Under the pieces are notes generated by a model. It saw only the letters and a program-made list of their open reading frames with translations, was not told where the DNA came from and searched no databases. Both the position numbers and the translations under genes were made by a program. 64,000 bases of DNA, taken from contig CACHNE010000002.1 of assembly GCA_902581145.1 (NCBI GenBank), forward strand, positions 19,531 to 83,530. Reading direction: 5' to 3'. This DNA is from an uncultured Bacteroidota bacterium. GTDB lineage: Bacteria; Bacteroidota; Bacteroidia; Flavobacteriales; Flavobacteriaceae. Position 1 is the first letter of the stretch, and the number at the start of each line of letters is the position of its first letter. Of the stretch, positions 19,139 through 29,487 are shown piece by piece.

Positions 19139-19884
19139 TGAATTTTCAAAATAATCTTAATTTGAATTTTTCAAATCTTAATTTCTTTCAAAAAATTATC
19201 GGGATTAATGTATTGATGTTTATCATCTATCGTCTTTCATCGTTTTTTGGTTTTCAGGAAGAAATAATTTCTTTGCTTTCACTTGACTTAAATATTTTAA
19301 CAAAGCCGTGGTCAATTATCTCATATGCTTTTATACATCAGGGTTTATTTGAGCTTATTTTTATGATTTTTCTTCTTTTGTTTACAACCAATTCAATTTC
19401 AAATTTGTTAGGCCAGAAAATTTCAATTAATCTTTTTTTCACAGGAATTTTTTTTGGTGGTATTATTTATCTTTTTTCAGGATCTCAATCTCCACTCATA
19501 GGTGCATCGGCTGGAATTTCTTCTCTTTTAATGTTTTTATTATTACTATCTCCAGATTTAGGGCTCAGGGTATTTAGATTTACTATTAAGTACAAGTACC
19601 TAATGGCTTTTATTTTATTCACAGACTTCCTAAAACTTATTTCACCTGGACAATTTGGAGTGTATTCACATTTGGGAGGCTACTTGGTAGGTGCATACTA
19701 CTATTATTCATTATATGGTTTTCCAAAATTCACCAAAAGAAAAAAATCCCCTTCGAAAAGATATTCTAATGAAAACAAACAAACAAAAGTTGATCAAATT
19801 TTAGACAAAATTAGTAAGAGTGGATATGATAGCTTAGACAAGGATGAGAAAGAATACCTATTTAAACAAGGTGGAAAAAAATGA
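19138..19884 (+). CDS. rhomboid-like membrane protein, divergent (Ser/His retained, HxxxN degenerate)
   Basis: ATG at 19138 overlaps the upstream TAA (TAATG); track TTG at 19129. IHQGLFELIFM replaces HxxxxHxxxN, GASAGISS replaces GxSG, SHLGGYLVG is retained. Charged C-terminal tail. Confidence 0.8.
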   Translation: MNFQNNLNLNFSNLNFFQKIIGINVLMFIIYRLSSFFGFQEEIISLLSLDLNILTKPWSIISYAFIHQGLFELIFMIFLLLFTTNSISNLLGQKISINLFFTGIFFGGIIYLFSGSQSPLIGASAGISSLLMFLLLLSPDLGLRVFRFTIKYKYLMAFILFTDFLKLISPGQFGVYSHLGGYLVGAYYYYSLYGFPKFTKRKKSPSKRYSNENKQTKVDQILDKISKSGYDSLDKDEKEYLFKQGGKK

Positions 19885-20900
19885 AAAAACTAGGTCTTTT
19901 TGAAAAGTTTCTTTTTTTTATTAATTCGGTAATTGCATTTCTTTTTTTGGGCTCCTTATTAATTCCTTATTTAAGTCCATCAATTTTTTCTCAATTTTCA
20001 ATTCTTAGCTTATTCTCTCCTCTAATTATCATAGCAAATATTCTTTTTCTTTTTTTTTGGATTGCAAAACTCAAAAGACAATTTATATTATCACTTGTTG
20101 TTTTGATAATCGGTATTGATAGCTTGAGAAGCTTTATAAATTTTTCTAATAATTCTAGATTTTTGGGAGGTAATGAAATTTCAATAATTAGCTACAACGT
20201 AAGATTATTTAATATTTACAAATGGATTGAGGAGGATAATGTCGATATAAAAATAAGAGATTTTTTAAATGAAAAGAATCCTGATATTATCTGTTTACAA
20301 GAATATCAAAATTCTGAATTCAAAATTCATAATTATCCGTATTTGTATGAAAAATTGAGAGGTGATAATTTAAAATATGGACAAGCAATATTTTCTAAAT
20401 ATCCGATTATTAATAAAGGCTCGGTAGATTTTAATAGTTCATCAAATAATGCAATTTTTTCTGATATAAAAATTATGAATGACACTATCAGAGTTTATAA
20501 TATCCATCTTCAATCATTTTCTTTTGAAAAGGTCAATCCCTTAATTAATATTAATAAAAAGAATGAAATGGTTATAAAAAATATTTCAGATACTTTCATA
20601 CAGCAAGAGCAGCAAGTCAACGAACTTAAAAAAAGTATAAAAAATAGTCCATATAAGGTTATAGTTACAGGAGATTTAAATAACACAGCCTTTTCTTATG
20701 TTTATAAAGAACTTTCCAAAAGCCTCAATGATGCATTCAAAGCAAAAGGTAATGGACTTGGAATTACTTATAATTATAATTTTATACCGTTGAGGATTGA
20801 CTTTGTTTTTACTGAGGAATTATTTAAAATAAATTCATTTAAAACATTTAAACTTAATCTTTCTGATCACGAGCCAATCTATACTGAACTTAAATTTTAG
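19881..20900 (+). CDS. membrane-anchored endonuclease/exonuclease/phosphatase (EEP) family protein
   Basis: 339 aa. Three N-terminal TM helices, then EEP catalytic set (SYNVRLFN, ICLQEY, VTGDLNNT, RIDFVF, LSDHEP). ATGA overlap with the upstream gene. Confidence 0.8.
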   Translation: MKKLGLFEKFLFFINSVIAFLFLGSLLIPYLSPSIFSQFSILSLFSPLIIIANILFLFFWIAKLKRQFILSLVVLIIGIDSLRSFINFSNNSRFLGGNEISIISYNVRLFNIYKWIEEDNVDIKIRDFLNEKNPDIICLQEYQNSEFKIHNYPYLYEKLRGDNLKYGQAIFSKYPIINKGSVDFNSSSNNAIFSDIKIMNDTIRVYNIHLQSFSFEKVNPLININKKNEMVIKNISDTFIQQEQQVNELKKSIKNSPYKVIVTGDLNNTAFSYVYKELSKSLNDAFKAKGNGLGITYNYNFIPLRIDFVFTEELFKINSFKTFKLNLSDHEPIYTELKF

Positions 20901-21504
20901 ATTCATTAAAAAAATTCAAGCATCCTATTCCTTCGTTAAAGATTAAGTCAAGCATACTTAAATTTTGCATATGACCATGTCGATTGTCAAATACCTGGGG
21001 ATAACTTTGAATCACATTTTTTGTTTCCACTCTTTTTCTGTCACTAATATTTCTTAAATCATTTGTTAAATGATATTCGACTTCGTATTTCTTAGTAAAA
21101 GAGTAATTTAATTCTAATTCTAATATTTGAAATATTAATTCTATTGATTTAATATTAATATCAATTAAGAATTTTTCTTTTTTTTCAAAAATTTCATAAA
21201 AGTAGTCTTCGAAAAATTCAAAATAAGGAGAACTCCTATATGAAATTTGTATTGATTTTAAATGATTTTTTTGCCATTCAGTATCATTACAAATTTTAAT
21301 ATCCTTGAGTTTTTCTTTGTTTTTGTAAGAGTATTTTACAGGAATTACTAAGTTCAATTTTCCGTTTGAACCATAAATTGATGTTCTGTTTCTATGAGTT
21401 TGTTTTTGATAAAAATCATTAATCTCAAAGCATAAAGATTTCGAGTTTAATAAATGATTAAAGTGTTCAATATTGGGAAAATAAGTTGGGTGAATTATTG
21501 TCAT
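20890..21504 (-). CDS. WbqC-family protein
   Basis: ATG at 21504 forms an ATGA overlap with the lepB stop (track start 21543 is 13 codons upstream). MTIIHPTYFPNIEHF... resembles the WbqC-like family. Confidence 0.75.
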   Translation of the reverse strand: MTIIHPTYFPNIEHFNHLLNSKSLCFEINDFYQKQTHRNRTSIYGSNGKLNLVIPVKYSYKNKEKLKDIKICNDTEWQKNHLKSIQISYRSSPYFEFFEDYFYEIFEKKEKFLIDINIKSIELIFQILELELNYSFTKKYEVEYHLTNDLRNISDRKRVETKNVIQSYPQVFDNRHGHMQNLSMLDLIFNEGIGCLNFFNESKI

Positions 21505-23057
21505 TGTAATTTCTTTCTTCTGAAATAAGAAATTATATTCCACAAAACCACAACTGCAATAAAATATAAAAAATACGAAGTTGGTTTACCTTTACCATGA
21601 ACCGTAGTAAACATTCTATCCCAACGGATTTTATTAAAACCCTTTGCATTATAATCAATGCTTAGCCATTTGAAAACCGGCTTTCCAACAACATGATCAA
21701 AAGGCACAAAACCCCATGATCTTGAATCCTGAGAATTACTTCTATTATCACCCATTAACCAATAATAATCCTGCTTAAATGTATATTTTTTTGTTTCAAC
21801 TCCATTAATATAAATTTTATCATCCGTAGTAAATAAATCATTATTCTCATAAACCCTAATTAGTCTTTCATAAATAGGTAAGTTCTCTTTATTTAATTCA
21901 ACTGATGAATCTTTTTTAGGAATGTATATAGGTCCATAAAAATCATTATTCCAATTGAATGATGATTTTTGGGGGAAAACAGAAGGGTCTTTAAATCCCT
22001 TTGGAAAAGTGTCTTTTTTTATCCATTCAACGTTTGTGTCTTTTTTTAGCTTCTCAAGTGATGAGTTGCTTATACCCATAAACTTATAAGTATAATCACT
22101 GTTTATTGGTCCAAACCTGTCAGTTATATCATAATTGTTAATCATAACTTTTTGGTTAAACTTATTTTTTTTTGGTTGAACTAAATATGAAAATTGAAGT
22201 TTAGCTCTTTCTGGTAATTGATTTTTTTGTCCATTTATATAAACATAACCATTTATGACTTCTAATGTATCTCCTGCAATTCCAACAGCTCTTTTTACAT
22301 AATTGGTTTTTTTATCTATGGGTTTGTAATAATACTTATCAGTGTAATACATATTTTTAAATGAATCAACTGGCCAATTAAAGCATACTATTTCATTTCT
22401 CTTTATCTTTTGCAGTCCCGGTAATCTCATGTATGGAAGTTCTGCTAAAAATGGAAGTTGTTCTTTGTTAATGTAAGAACGTGTTTTTATGATTGGAATA
22501 GTGTCATGTACCATAGGGGCTGCTACTGTAGTCATAGGTACTCTTGCTCCATAATGAAACTTACTAACAAATAAGAAATCTCCAACTAAAAGAGATTTTT
22601 CGAGAGAGGAAGTAGGAATCGTATAGGGTTGCATAAAATATGTATGAACAAATGTAGCAGCTATTACAGCAAAAATTATTGAACTAATCCACTCTCCATT
22701 AGAGCTTTTTGGATTTATGTCTCTGTTTTCAACATATTTAGCTTTTGTAAAATAGTTGATATAATAATTATAAAATCCTAATGAGCAAATAGAAAGTATA
22801 GTATCAGTATATTTGTTTTTTCCAAAACTTCTTGAGATTTCAACCCATAGAACAGGAATAATTATGATATTTAAAACAGGTAAAATTAAAATAAAAATCC
22901 ACCACCATGGTCTATTAACTATTTTGAGTAAAACCAATATATTATAGACAGGTATGAATGACTGCCAGCCCTTATTACCCGAAATATTATATAATTTCCA
23001 TGTACCAATTCCATGGATAATATTTAAAAAAAGTAAAATAAATAGGATTTCAATCAT
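21501..23057 (-). CDS. lepB: signal peptidase I with N-terminal DUF5684-like membrane module
   Basis: 518 aa. S26 motifs (PTSSLEKSLLVGDFLFVSK, YVKRAVG, GDNRSNSQDSRSWGFVP). The first ~110 aa (WKLY..GNKGWQSFIPVYNILVLLKIVNRPWWW) resemble standalone DUF5684 proteins. Confidence 0.9.
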   Translation of the reverse strand: MIEILFILLFLNIIHGIGTWKLYNISGNKGWQSFIPVYNILVLLKIVNRPWWWIFILILPVLNIIIIPVLWVEISRSFGKNKYTDTILSICSLGFYNYYINYFTKAKYVENRDINPKSSNGEWISSIIFAVIAATFVHTYFMQPYTIPTSSLEKSLLVGDFLFVSKFHYGARVPMTTVAAPMVHDTIPIIKTRSYINKEQLPFLAELPYMRLPGLQKIKRNEIVCFNWPVDSFKNMYYTDKYYYKPIDKKTNYVKRAVGIAGDTLEVINGYVYINGQKNQLPERAKLQFSYLVQPKKNKFNQKVMINNYDITDRFGPINSDYTYKFMGISNSSLEKLKKDTNVEWIKKDTFPKGFKDPSVFPQKSSFNWNNDFYGPIYIPKKDSSVELNKENLPIYERLIRVYENNDLFTTDDKIYINGVETKKYTFKQDYYWLMGDNRSNSQDSRSWGFVPFDHVVGKPVFKWLSIDYNAKGFNKIRWDRMFTTVHGKGKPTSYFLYFIAVVVLWNIISYFRRKKLQ

Positions 23058-23599
23058 AATTCTACATTTAGAGAAATTCCAAAATTTGATTTATTTAGAA
23101 CTTCGTTATAATTTATTTTTGGTTCTAATGTCAAATTATCGTCAAGATTATACTGAAGTAAATGTGCATCAACATTAGCATCAATAATATTAAGAATATA
23201 AAGTCCTACCGTAACTAAAATTGAAAGCTCTTTATTTCTTTTTAATGTATTTTGAGCTCTTATTAACCCATCATTAGAAATTGAAGGGTATAGTCCATTA
23301 CCGTAAAACTCATCATCAGTAAAACCTGCTAATCTTCTCTTATATGCATTTCTATACCTATTATAATCTTTATCATTTTGATTATAAAAATATATTCCAG
23401 TAGCTAAAGCTCCATAAACTATTGGAATTTTCCAATATTTTTTATTGTAAGCTTGACCCAACCCAGGAAGAACAGCGGAATAAAACGTAGCTTTTGAAGG
23501 TCTTAAAGCCATTTCTAAATCGTTATCAGGAAGTTCATTTTGACTAAACATAAAAATTGGCATAAAAAAAACGATAATATATAATGACTTTTTATCCAT
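23054..23599 (-). CDS. DUF5683-family protein
   Basis: 181 aa. Signal peptide; SAVLPGLGQAYNKKYWKIPIVYG motif typical of the Bacteroidota family found next to parB. Confidence 0.7.
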   Translation of the reverse strand: MDKKSLYIIVFFMPIFMFSQNELPDNDLEMALRPSKATFYSAVLPGLGQAYNKKYWKIPIVYGALATGIYFYNQNDKDYNRYRNAYKRRLAGFTDDEFYGNGLYPSISNDGLIRAQNTLKRNKELSILVTVGLYILNIIDANVDAHLLQYNLDDNLTLEPKINYNEVLNKSNFGISLNVEL

Positions 23600-24467
23600 T
23601 TATTTTCTTTACTATTCTTTGAAAATCACTTTTAGATTTAAAACTTAAAATAATTTTACCGCTGTTATCATTTTTGAAAATGAATTCAACTCTGGTATCT
23701 AGATTTTTTTCTGTTTTATTCTTTTCCTTGGTGAAATCTAAAAGTACTTTACCGTTTTTCTTTTTTATATGCGGATTTTTTAAAGATTTAATTAGTCTCT
23801 CGGTATTTCTAACAGATAAATTTTTTGAAATTATCTTTTCATATATCGAAAGTTGAAGCTTTTCATCATCAATGTTGATCATTGCTCTTCCGTGGCCCAT
23901 TGAAATAAAGCCATCTTTAATTCCACTTTGAATTATTGGGTTTAGCTTGAGTAATCTCAAATAATTACTTACCGTAGATCTTTTTTTTCCGATTTTATCA
24001 CTCAATTCCTCTTGTGTAAGTTTAATTTCTTCAATTAATCTATTATAGGAAATTGCTATTTCAATGGCATCTAAGTCTTGTCTATGAATATTTTCAACTA
24101 GAGCCATTTCTAATGATTCTTGGTCATTGGCTTTTCTGATATAACAAGGAATTTTATTAATTTTTAATTGTTTAAATGCTCTTAATCTTCTTTCTCCAGA
24201 AATTAATTGAAATTCATTTTTTGATAATTTTTTTACTGTGATTGGTTGGATTAATCCAATATTTTTGATAGATATAATTAATTCCTCTAATTTTTCCTTG
24301 TTAAAAGCAGATCTTGGTTGAAATGGATTAAGGATTATCTTAGAAATTTCAATTTCAGTACTGTAGTTTGTTTTAATTTTGGAAATTGTACTTGCCTTGT
24401 TTTTAGAATCTTTAAGTATACTAGTTAGACCTCTACCTAAAACTTGTTTTTTTGTTGCTTTAGCCAT
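23592..24467 (-). CDS. parB: chromosome partitioning protein ParB
   Basis: 291 aa. LIQPITV, ISGERRLRA, HTH (SQEELSDKIGKKRSTVSNYLRLL). Confidence 0.93.
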   Translation of the reverse strand: MAKATKKQVLGRGLTSILKDSKNKASTISKIKTNYSTEIEISKIILNPFQPRSAFNKEKLEELIISIKNIGLIQPITVKKLSKNEFQLISGERRLRAFKQLKINKIPCYIRKANDQESLEMALVENIHRQDLDAIEIAISYNRLIEEIKLTQEELSDKIGKKRSTVSNYLRLLKLNPIIQSGIKDGFISMGHGRAMINIDDEKLQLSIYEKIISKNLSVRNTERLIKSLKNPHIKKKNGKVLLDFTKEKNKTEKNLDTRVEFIFKNDNSGKIILSFKSKSDFQRIVKKING

Positions 24468-24469
24468 TA

Positions 24470-25231
24470 TCAGTTTTTTGAAATAATTTCCTTTGCTAAA
24501 TTTAAATAATTATCTGCACCTTTACTGCTTACATCATAATCTATGATACTTTTTCCGTAACTGGTTGCCTCTCCCAATCTTACATTTCTGTGAATAACTG
24601 TTTTAAAAACCATTTCATTGAAATGTAGTTTAACCTCCTTTTTTACTTGATTTGAGAGATTTAATCTAGTATCATACATCGTTAATAACAAACCTTCAAT
24701 TGAAAGTTCTTTGTTATGTAGTTTTTGAATGCTTTTAATTGTATTTAGTAATTTACCAAGTCCTTCAAGCGCTAAATATTCACATTGAATAGGAATCAAG
24801 ACTGAATCGGCTGCCGTCAAAGCATTTATTGTTAACAATCCAAGAGATGGGGGGCAATCTATAATGATAAAATCATAATCGGCTTTAAAATCAAAAATTG
24901 TATTTCTCAATAAATACTCTCTTTCAATCATATCGATTGATTCAATTTCAATTCCGACTAAGTCTATATGAGCAGGAATAACATCAAGAAATTCAAGATT
25001 AGTTTTATTAATACAATCATCCGATGAGCACTCATTTTCCAATAAATCATAAATTGTTTTACTTCCAATATTTATATCAATTCCAATGGATGATGTTGAA
25101 TTTGCCTGTGGGTCAAAATCTATTAATAATACTTTTTTTTCTAGAGCTGCAAGTGAAGAAGATAGATTCACCGAAGTTGTGGTTTTTCCAACCCCTCCTT
25201 TCTGATTAGAAATGGCAATAATTTTACTCAT
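24470..25231 (-). CDS. parA: chromosome partitioning ATPase ParA (Soj)
   Basis: 253 aa. Deviant Walker A NQKGGVGKTT; IIIDCPPSLG. Confidence 0.93.
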   Translation of the reverse strand: MSKIIAISNQKGGVGKTTTSVNLSSSLAALEKKVLLIDFDPQANSTSSIGIDINIGSKTIYDLLENECSSDDCINKTNLEFLDVIPAHIDLVGIEIESIDMIEREYLLRNTIFDFKADYDFIIIDCPPSLGLLTINALTAADSVLIPIQCEYLALEGLGKLLNTIKSIQKLHNKELSIEGLLLTMYDTRLNLSNQVKKEVKLHFNEMVFKTVIHRNVRLGEATSYGKSIIDYDVSSKGADNYLNLAKEIISKN

Positions 25232-25326
25232 ATTTTTGACCTAGAAATAAATTTAAATGTACGATTAATAAAATTTAATTAGAACTAATTCTTGTTAAAG
25301 AAATTTTAAAATATTAACAGGAAAAA

Positions 25327-27462
25327 TTAACTATAAGTTTTAATTAAAGATTCTAATATGGTACTTGCAGATTTACCAATATTTGACCCTGGCCCAAAAA
25401 TACATTTAACCCCTTTTTCATATAGAAATTCATAATCATTTTTTGGTATAACACCTCCAACAACAATCATTTTATCATCACTATCATATTTTTTTAATTC
25501 TTTAATTAAATTTGGGACAAGTGTTTTGTGACCACCAGCAAGTGATGAAATTCCTACTATATGAACATCATTTTCAACTGCTTGTTTGGCAACTTCTTCA
25601 GGAGTTTGAAATAATGGCCCTATATCTACATCAAACCCAATATCAGCAAAACTAGTAGCAATCACTTTTGCACCACGGTCATGGCCATCTTGACCAATTT
25701 TTGCAATCAAAATTCTTGGTCTTCTACCATCAATTTCTGCAAATTTATTGCAAAGATTTACAGCATTTATATAAGAACTATTGTCTTTCATACCTGATTT
25801 ATATACTCCCGAAAAGCTTTTAATTTCTGATTTGTATCTTCCAAACTCTTTTTCCAAAGCTAAGCTAATTTCACCTAATGTAGCTCTAGCACGAGCAGCT
25901 TTTACAGCTAAAGCTAGTAAATTTTTATTTTTTTCTTTTGCTGCAATTCTTAACTCATTTAAAATTTTCTGAACTTCAGACTCATCTCTTGAACTTTTAA
26001 TCTTTTTTAAATTGTTTATTTGATTATTTTTTACTTCTTCGTTATCTATTTCTAAATAACTTATTGATTCATCTTCATTTAATTGAAATTTATTTACTCC
26101 CACTATCACAAATTCTTTATTATCAATTTTTGCTTGTTTTTTTGTTGCCGCTTGTTCAATTCTCATCTTGGGAATCCCTTTTTCAATGGCTTTAGTCATT
26201 CCACCCGCATCATTTATCTCATTTATATGAACCATTGCTTTTTCTATAAGTTCTTCCGTTAAATATTCAACATAATAACTTCCGCCCCAGGGATCAACTG
26301 TGTCACATGCTCCAATTTCTTCTTGAATTATTAATTGTGTATCTCTTGCAATTTTTGCAGAAAATTTTGTTGGTAATCCTATCGCTTCGTCCAATGAATT
26401 TGTATGTAGACTTTGGGTTCCTCCAAAGACTGCTGATAAAGCTTCAATCGTTGTACGTGTTATATTGTTAAATGGCTCTTGTTCAGTCAAACTCCAACCA
26501 CTTGTTTGACAATGTGCTCTTAAGCAGTATGACTTTTCTTCTTTAGGTTTGAACTGTTTCATTAGTTTAGTCCAAAGATATCTAGCAGCCCTCATCTTAG
26601 CTATCTCCATAAAATGATTCATCCCAATACCCCAAAAAAACGAAAATCGATTGGCAAAATCGTCTACCTTAAGCCCCGCATTAACTCCTGTTTTTACATA
26701 TTCAATCCCATTAGCTAGAGTATATGCAAGCTCTAGATCAGCACTAGCTCCCGCTTCTTGCATGTGATATCCGGAAATGCTAATACTATTGAATTTTGGC
26801 ATATTCTTGCTTGTAAACTCAAAAATATCTGCAATGATTCTAATCGAATCTTTTGGAGGATATATAAATGTATTTCTTACCATATATTCTTTTAAAATAT
26901 CATTTTGTATAGTTCCAGAAAGTTTTGTAATATCGACTCCTTGTTCTTCAGCAGCAATAATGTAAAATGCCATAATCGGTAATACGGCTCCATTCATAGT
27001 CATTGAAACGCTCATTTTGTCTAGTGGAATCCCATCGAATAATATTTTCATATCATCAACACTGTCAATGGCTACCCCCGCTTTCCCAACATCTCCAATT
27101 ACCCTGGGATTATCGGAATCATAACCTCTGTGGGTTGGCAAATCAAAAGCAACAGAAAGGCCTTTTTGTCCAGCTTTTAAATTTTCTCTATAAAATTTAT
27201 TACTTTCTTTTGCCGTTGAAAAACCTGCATATTGTCTAATTGTCCATGGTTTTTTGGTATACATAGATGAGTAAGGCCCACGAACAAACGGTGGTAATCC
27301 GGCGATTGACTCAGATACTTTTATTTTTGAAAAATCCTTTGAATAATAATTAGATTTAATTTTTATTTGTTCATCGGTTTCAAAAAACACATTTTTTTCT
27401 TTTTTGATAGATTTTGGACTAAAGTCCTTTAGGGTTATATTGGAAAAATTCTTTTTATTCAT
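25327..27462 (-). CDS. mutB: methylmalonyl-CoA mutase large (catalytic, B12-binding) subunit
   Basis: 711 aa. Mutase barrel ([21 protein letters not shown]) and C-terminal B12 domain with the DxHxxG motif ([11 protein letters not shown]). Confidence 0.95.
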   Translation of the reverse strand: MNKKNFSNITLKDFSPKSIKKEKNVFFETDEQIKIKSNYYSKDFSKIKVSESIAGLPPFVRGPYSSMYTKKPWTIRQYAGFSTAKESNKFYRENLKAGQKGLSVAFDLPTHRGYDSDNPRVIGDVGKAGVAIDSVDDMKILFDGIPLDKMSVSMTMNGAVLPIMAFYIIAAEEQGVDITKLSGTIQNDILKEYMVRNTFIYPPKDSIRIIADIFEFTSKNMPKFNSISISGYHMQEAGASADLELAYTLANGIEYVKTGVNAGLKVDDFANRFSFFWGIGMNHFMEIAKMRAARYLWTKLMKQFKPKEEKSYCLRAHCQTSGWSLTEQEPFNNITRTTIEALSAVFGGTQSLHTNSLDEAIGLPTKFSAKIARDTQLIIQEEIGACDTVDPWGGSYYVEYLTEELIEKAMVHINEINDAGGMTKAIEKGIPKMRIEQAATKKQAKIDNKEFVIVGVNKFQLNEDESISYLEIDNEEVKNNQINNLKKIKSSRDESEVQKILNELRIAAKEKNKNLLALAVKAARARATLGEISLALEKEFGRYKSEIKSFSGVYKSGMKDNSSYINAVNLCNKFAEIDGRRPRILIAKIGQDGHDRGAKVIATSFADIGFDVDIGPLFQTPEEVAKQAVENDVHIVGISSLAGGHKTLVPNLIKELKKYDSDDKMIVVGGVIPKNDYEFLYEKGVKCIFGPGSNIGKSASTILESLIKTYS

Positions 27463-28579
27463 CTATATATTTATTGAATCCAACTAAAATTTTTTCCCCT
27501 GAATTATATTGTTCTTTTTCTTTTTTTGAGTTTAGTAAAATATGATTAAAAAGCCCATTATTTTTTAAACTCTCAGAATAACCTCCGTTTGATATTATTT
27601 TTTTAAATAAATCAATAGATTTTTGAGCTAAGTTTTCGATTAAATAAGTCAGATAATAACTACCACTGATGGCATTATTAACCTTGTCAATTGAAGTTTC
27701 ATTTTTTAAAATTAATAGTTGATTGTATTTAATTCTATCAGAAAATTCATTTCTGTTCTTAAATTTAATGTCATATGCGATGGATTTTATAAAATTACAA
27801 CCCCCTAAAATTCCAGACATACACTCTGAAGTTGATCTTATAATATTATTATTATAATTTTCAATTGTTTTGTTTTTTGTGGATGGTTTAGCAGTAATGA
27901 TACAATTATCGATCTGTTTACCATATTCTTTTGAAATTATACTCCAAATAATTCTTAAAACTTGAATTTTTGCTATTTCAAAAAAGTAATTATTTCCCTG
28001 GATTACCTCAAATGATATTTTTTCAATAAGATTAATTCCATATTTTTCTACTAATTCTGAAGCCGCTGAGATTAAAAAGGCTATTTCTTGTATTATGTTA
28101 GCTCCAGAGTTTTTAAAAAATTCTGATGAAATATTTAATTTAAATTTTTCATTTACACAATCATTTAAATTTAAATCATCTATTGAGTCCAATTTTGGTT
28201 CAATTAAAATATTTAGATCAGTCTTTTCAATAAATTTATCAGAGCTGATAAAAAAATTACCCCTTGAAATAACGGACTTATCAATATCCTCATTTGCATA
28301 ATTATATAATGTGAAATTATTTATGTCAATCTCTAATAATTTTTTTATTTCCTCATTTAAATCAATGTTATTACTGCAATCAATATCGCCCATAATATTC
28401 CAGGTTTTTGGAAATAATAATTTATCAGGATTGATTATAGAATCAGCGTTTTTTGAATAGTGTGGTGAAATAGTTATTTCTTCGTTTGATAATGAGAATA
28501 AATCACAATACTCCTTTTCCCCAATGTCATTTATTATCTTCGAAGCCCATTGATTATGTGTAGTATTTCCAACTTTCAT
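27455..28579 (-). CDS. mutA: methylmalonyl-CoA mutase small subunit-like protein (barrel domain only)
   Basis: 374 aa, 8-nt overlap with the large subunit. Weak collinear similarity to the mutase barrel. Ends at ILVGFNKY, which matches VIVGVNKF in the large subunit. Confidence 0.65.
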   Translation of the reverse strand: MKVGNTTHNQWASKIINDIGEKEYCDLFSLSNEEITISPHYSKNADSIINPDKLLFPKTWNIMGDIDCSNNIDLNEEIKKLLEIDINNFTLYNYANEDIDKSVISRGNFFISSDKFIEKTDLNILIEPKLDSIDDLNLNDCVNEKFKLNISSEFFKNSGANIIQEIAFLISAASELVEKYGINLIEKISFEVIQGNNYFFEIAKIQVLRIIWSIISKEYGKQIDNCIITAKPSTKNKTIENYNNNIIRSTSECMSGILGGCNFIKSIAYDIKFKNRNEFSDRIKYNQLLILKNETSIDKVNNAISGSYYLTYLIENLAQKSIDLFKKIISNGGYSESLKNNGLFNHILLNSKKEKEQYNSGEKILVGFNKYIDE

Positions 28580-28879
28580 CTAATCTGAAATTGTGTCATA
28601 TTCTATTAAAAAAATTTCTTCATTATCCTTTTTCATAAATAATTTTTCTCTTGCATATTTTTCAAGCCCAGAGTCAGATTGTATCATTTCAAGTTCAATA
28701 TTATCTTTTGAAATTTCTTTCTCGTAGTAGGTTTTTTGCTCATTTAACTCTTTAATGTCATTATTTAGTTCTCTGTGAATAATTAGAGAATTACTATCAA
28801 AAAATATCATCCAAAAAATAAATAATATTATAATAATTCCATAGGTGCTTTTAACGAATTTTAAAATTTTATTTTTCAT
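28580..28879 (-). CDS. septum formation initiator (FtsB/DivIC-like) protein
   Basis: 99 aa. One N-terminal TM helix followed by a coiled coil (NNDIKELNEQKTYYEKEISK). Confidence 0.7.
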   Translation of the reverse strand: MKNKILKFVKSTYGIIIILFIFWMIFFDSNSLIIHRELNNDIKELNEQKTYYEKEISKDNIELEMIQSDSGLEKYAREKLFMKKDNEEIFLIEYDTISD

Positions 28880-29487
28880 CGCAAATTCTTTTTTATTACG
28901 TTAATCAAAGGATTAATGTTAATATTTTCGTTGGTGTTTAAAATTAAATCACAAAATGTTTTGTGTGGTTCAACAAATTCAGAGTGCATAATGTCAAGTC
29001 TGGTTTCAAATAGGTTTATAACATCATTATAGTTTCTTCCTCTTTCTTTGATATCCCTATCCAACCTTCTTTGGAATCTTACATCTCGTGGACAATCTAA
29101 AAATACCGAATAATTAATACTGTCTCTTAAAGTTTTATTTGTAAGAATTAAGATACCTTCTATTATTAATATTTTTTTTGGTTCTAATACTGTTGTTTTT
29201 TCAAGTCTTAAATGTGTAGTAAAACAATAGTTAGGTACATTAATATTTATTTCTTGTTTAAGTAAATCAATATGTTTATTTAATAAGTCAAAGTCAATTG
29301 CCTCAGGTATATCATAATTTAATTTATCCCTTTGGTTAAAATCTAAACTGGCATTATTCTTATAATATGAATCTGAAGACAACAAACAAATTTCTGATGC
29401 ATCAAATAAATTAATGACTTCGTTAACAATTGTAGTTTTTCCACTTCCAGTACCACCAGTAATTCCTATAATGAACATTTTATTCAA
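28876..29487 (-). CDS. udk: uridine kinase
   Basis: 203 aa. P-loop GGTGSGKTT; SSDSYYK; IIEGIL. Confidence 0.92.
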   Translation of the reverse strand: MNKMFIIGITGGTGSGKTTIVNEVINLFDASEICLLSSDSYYKNNASLDFNQRDKLNYDIPEAIDFDLLNKHIDLLKQEININVPNYCFTTHLRLEKTTVLEPKKILIIEGILILTNKTLRDSINYSVFLDCPRDVRFQRRLDRDIKERGRNYNDVINLFETRLDIMHSEFVEPHKTFCDLILNTNENININPLINVIKKNLR

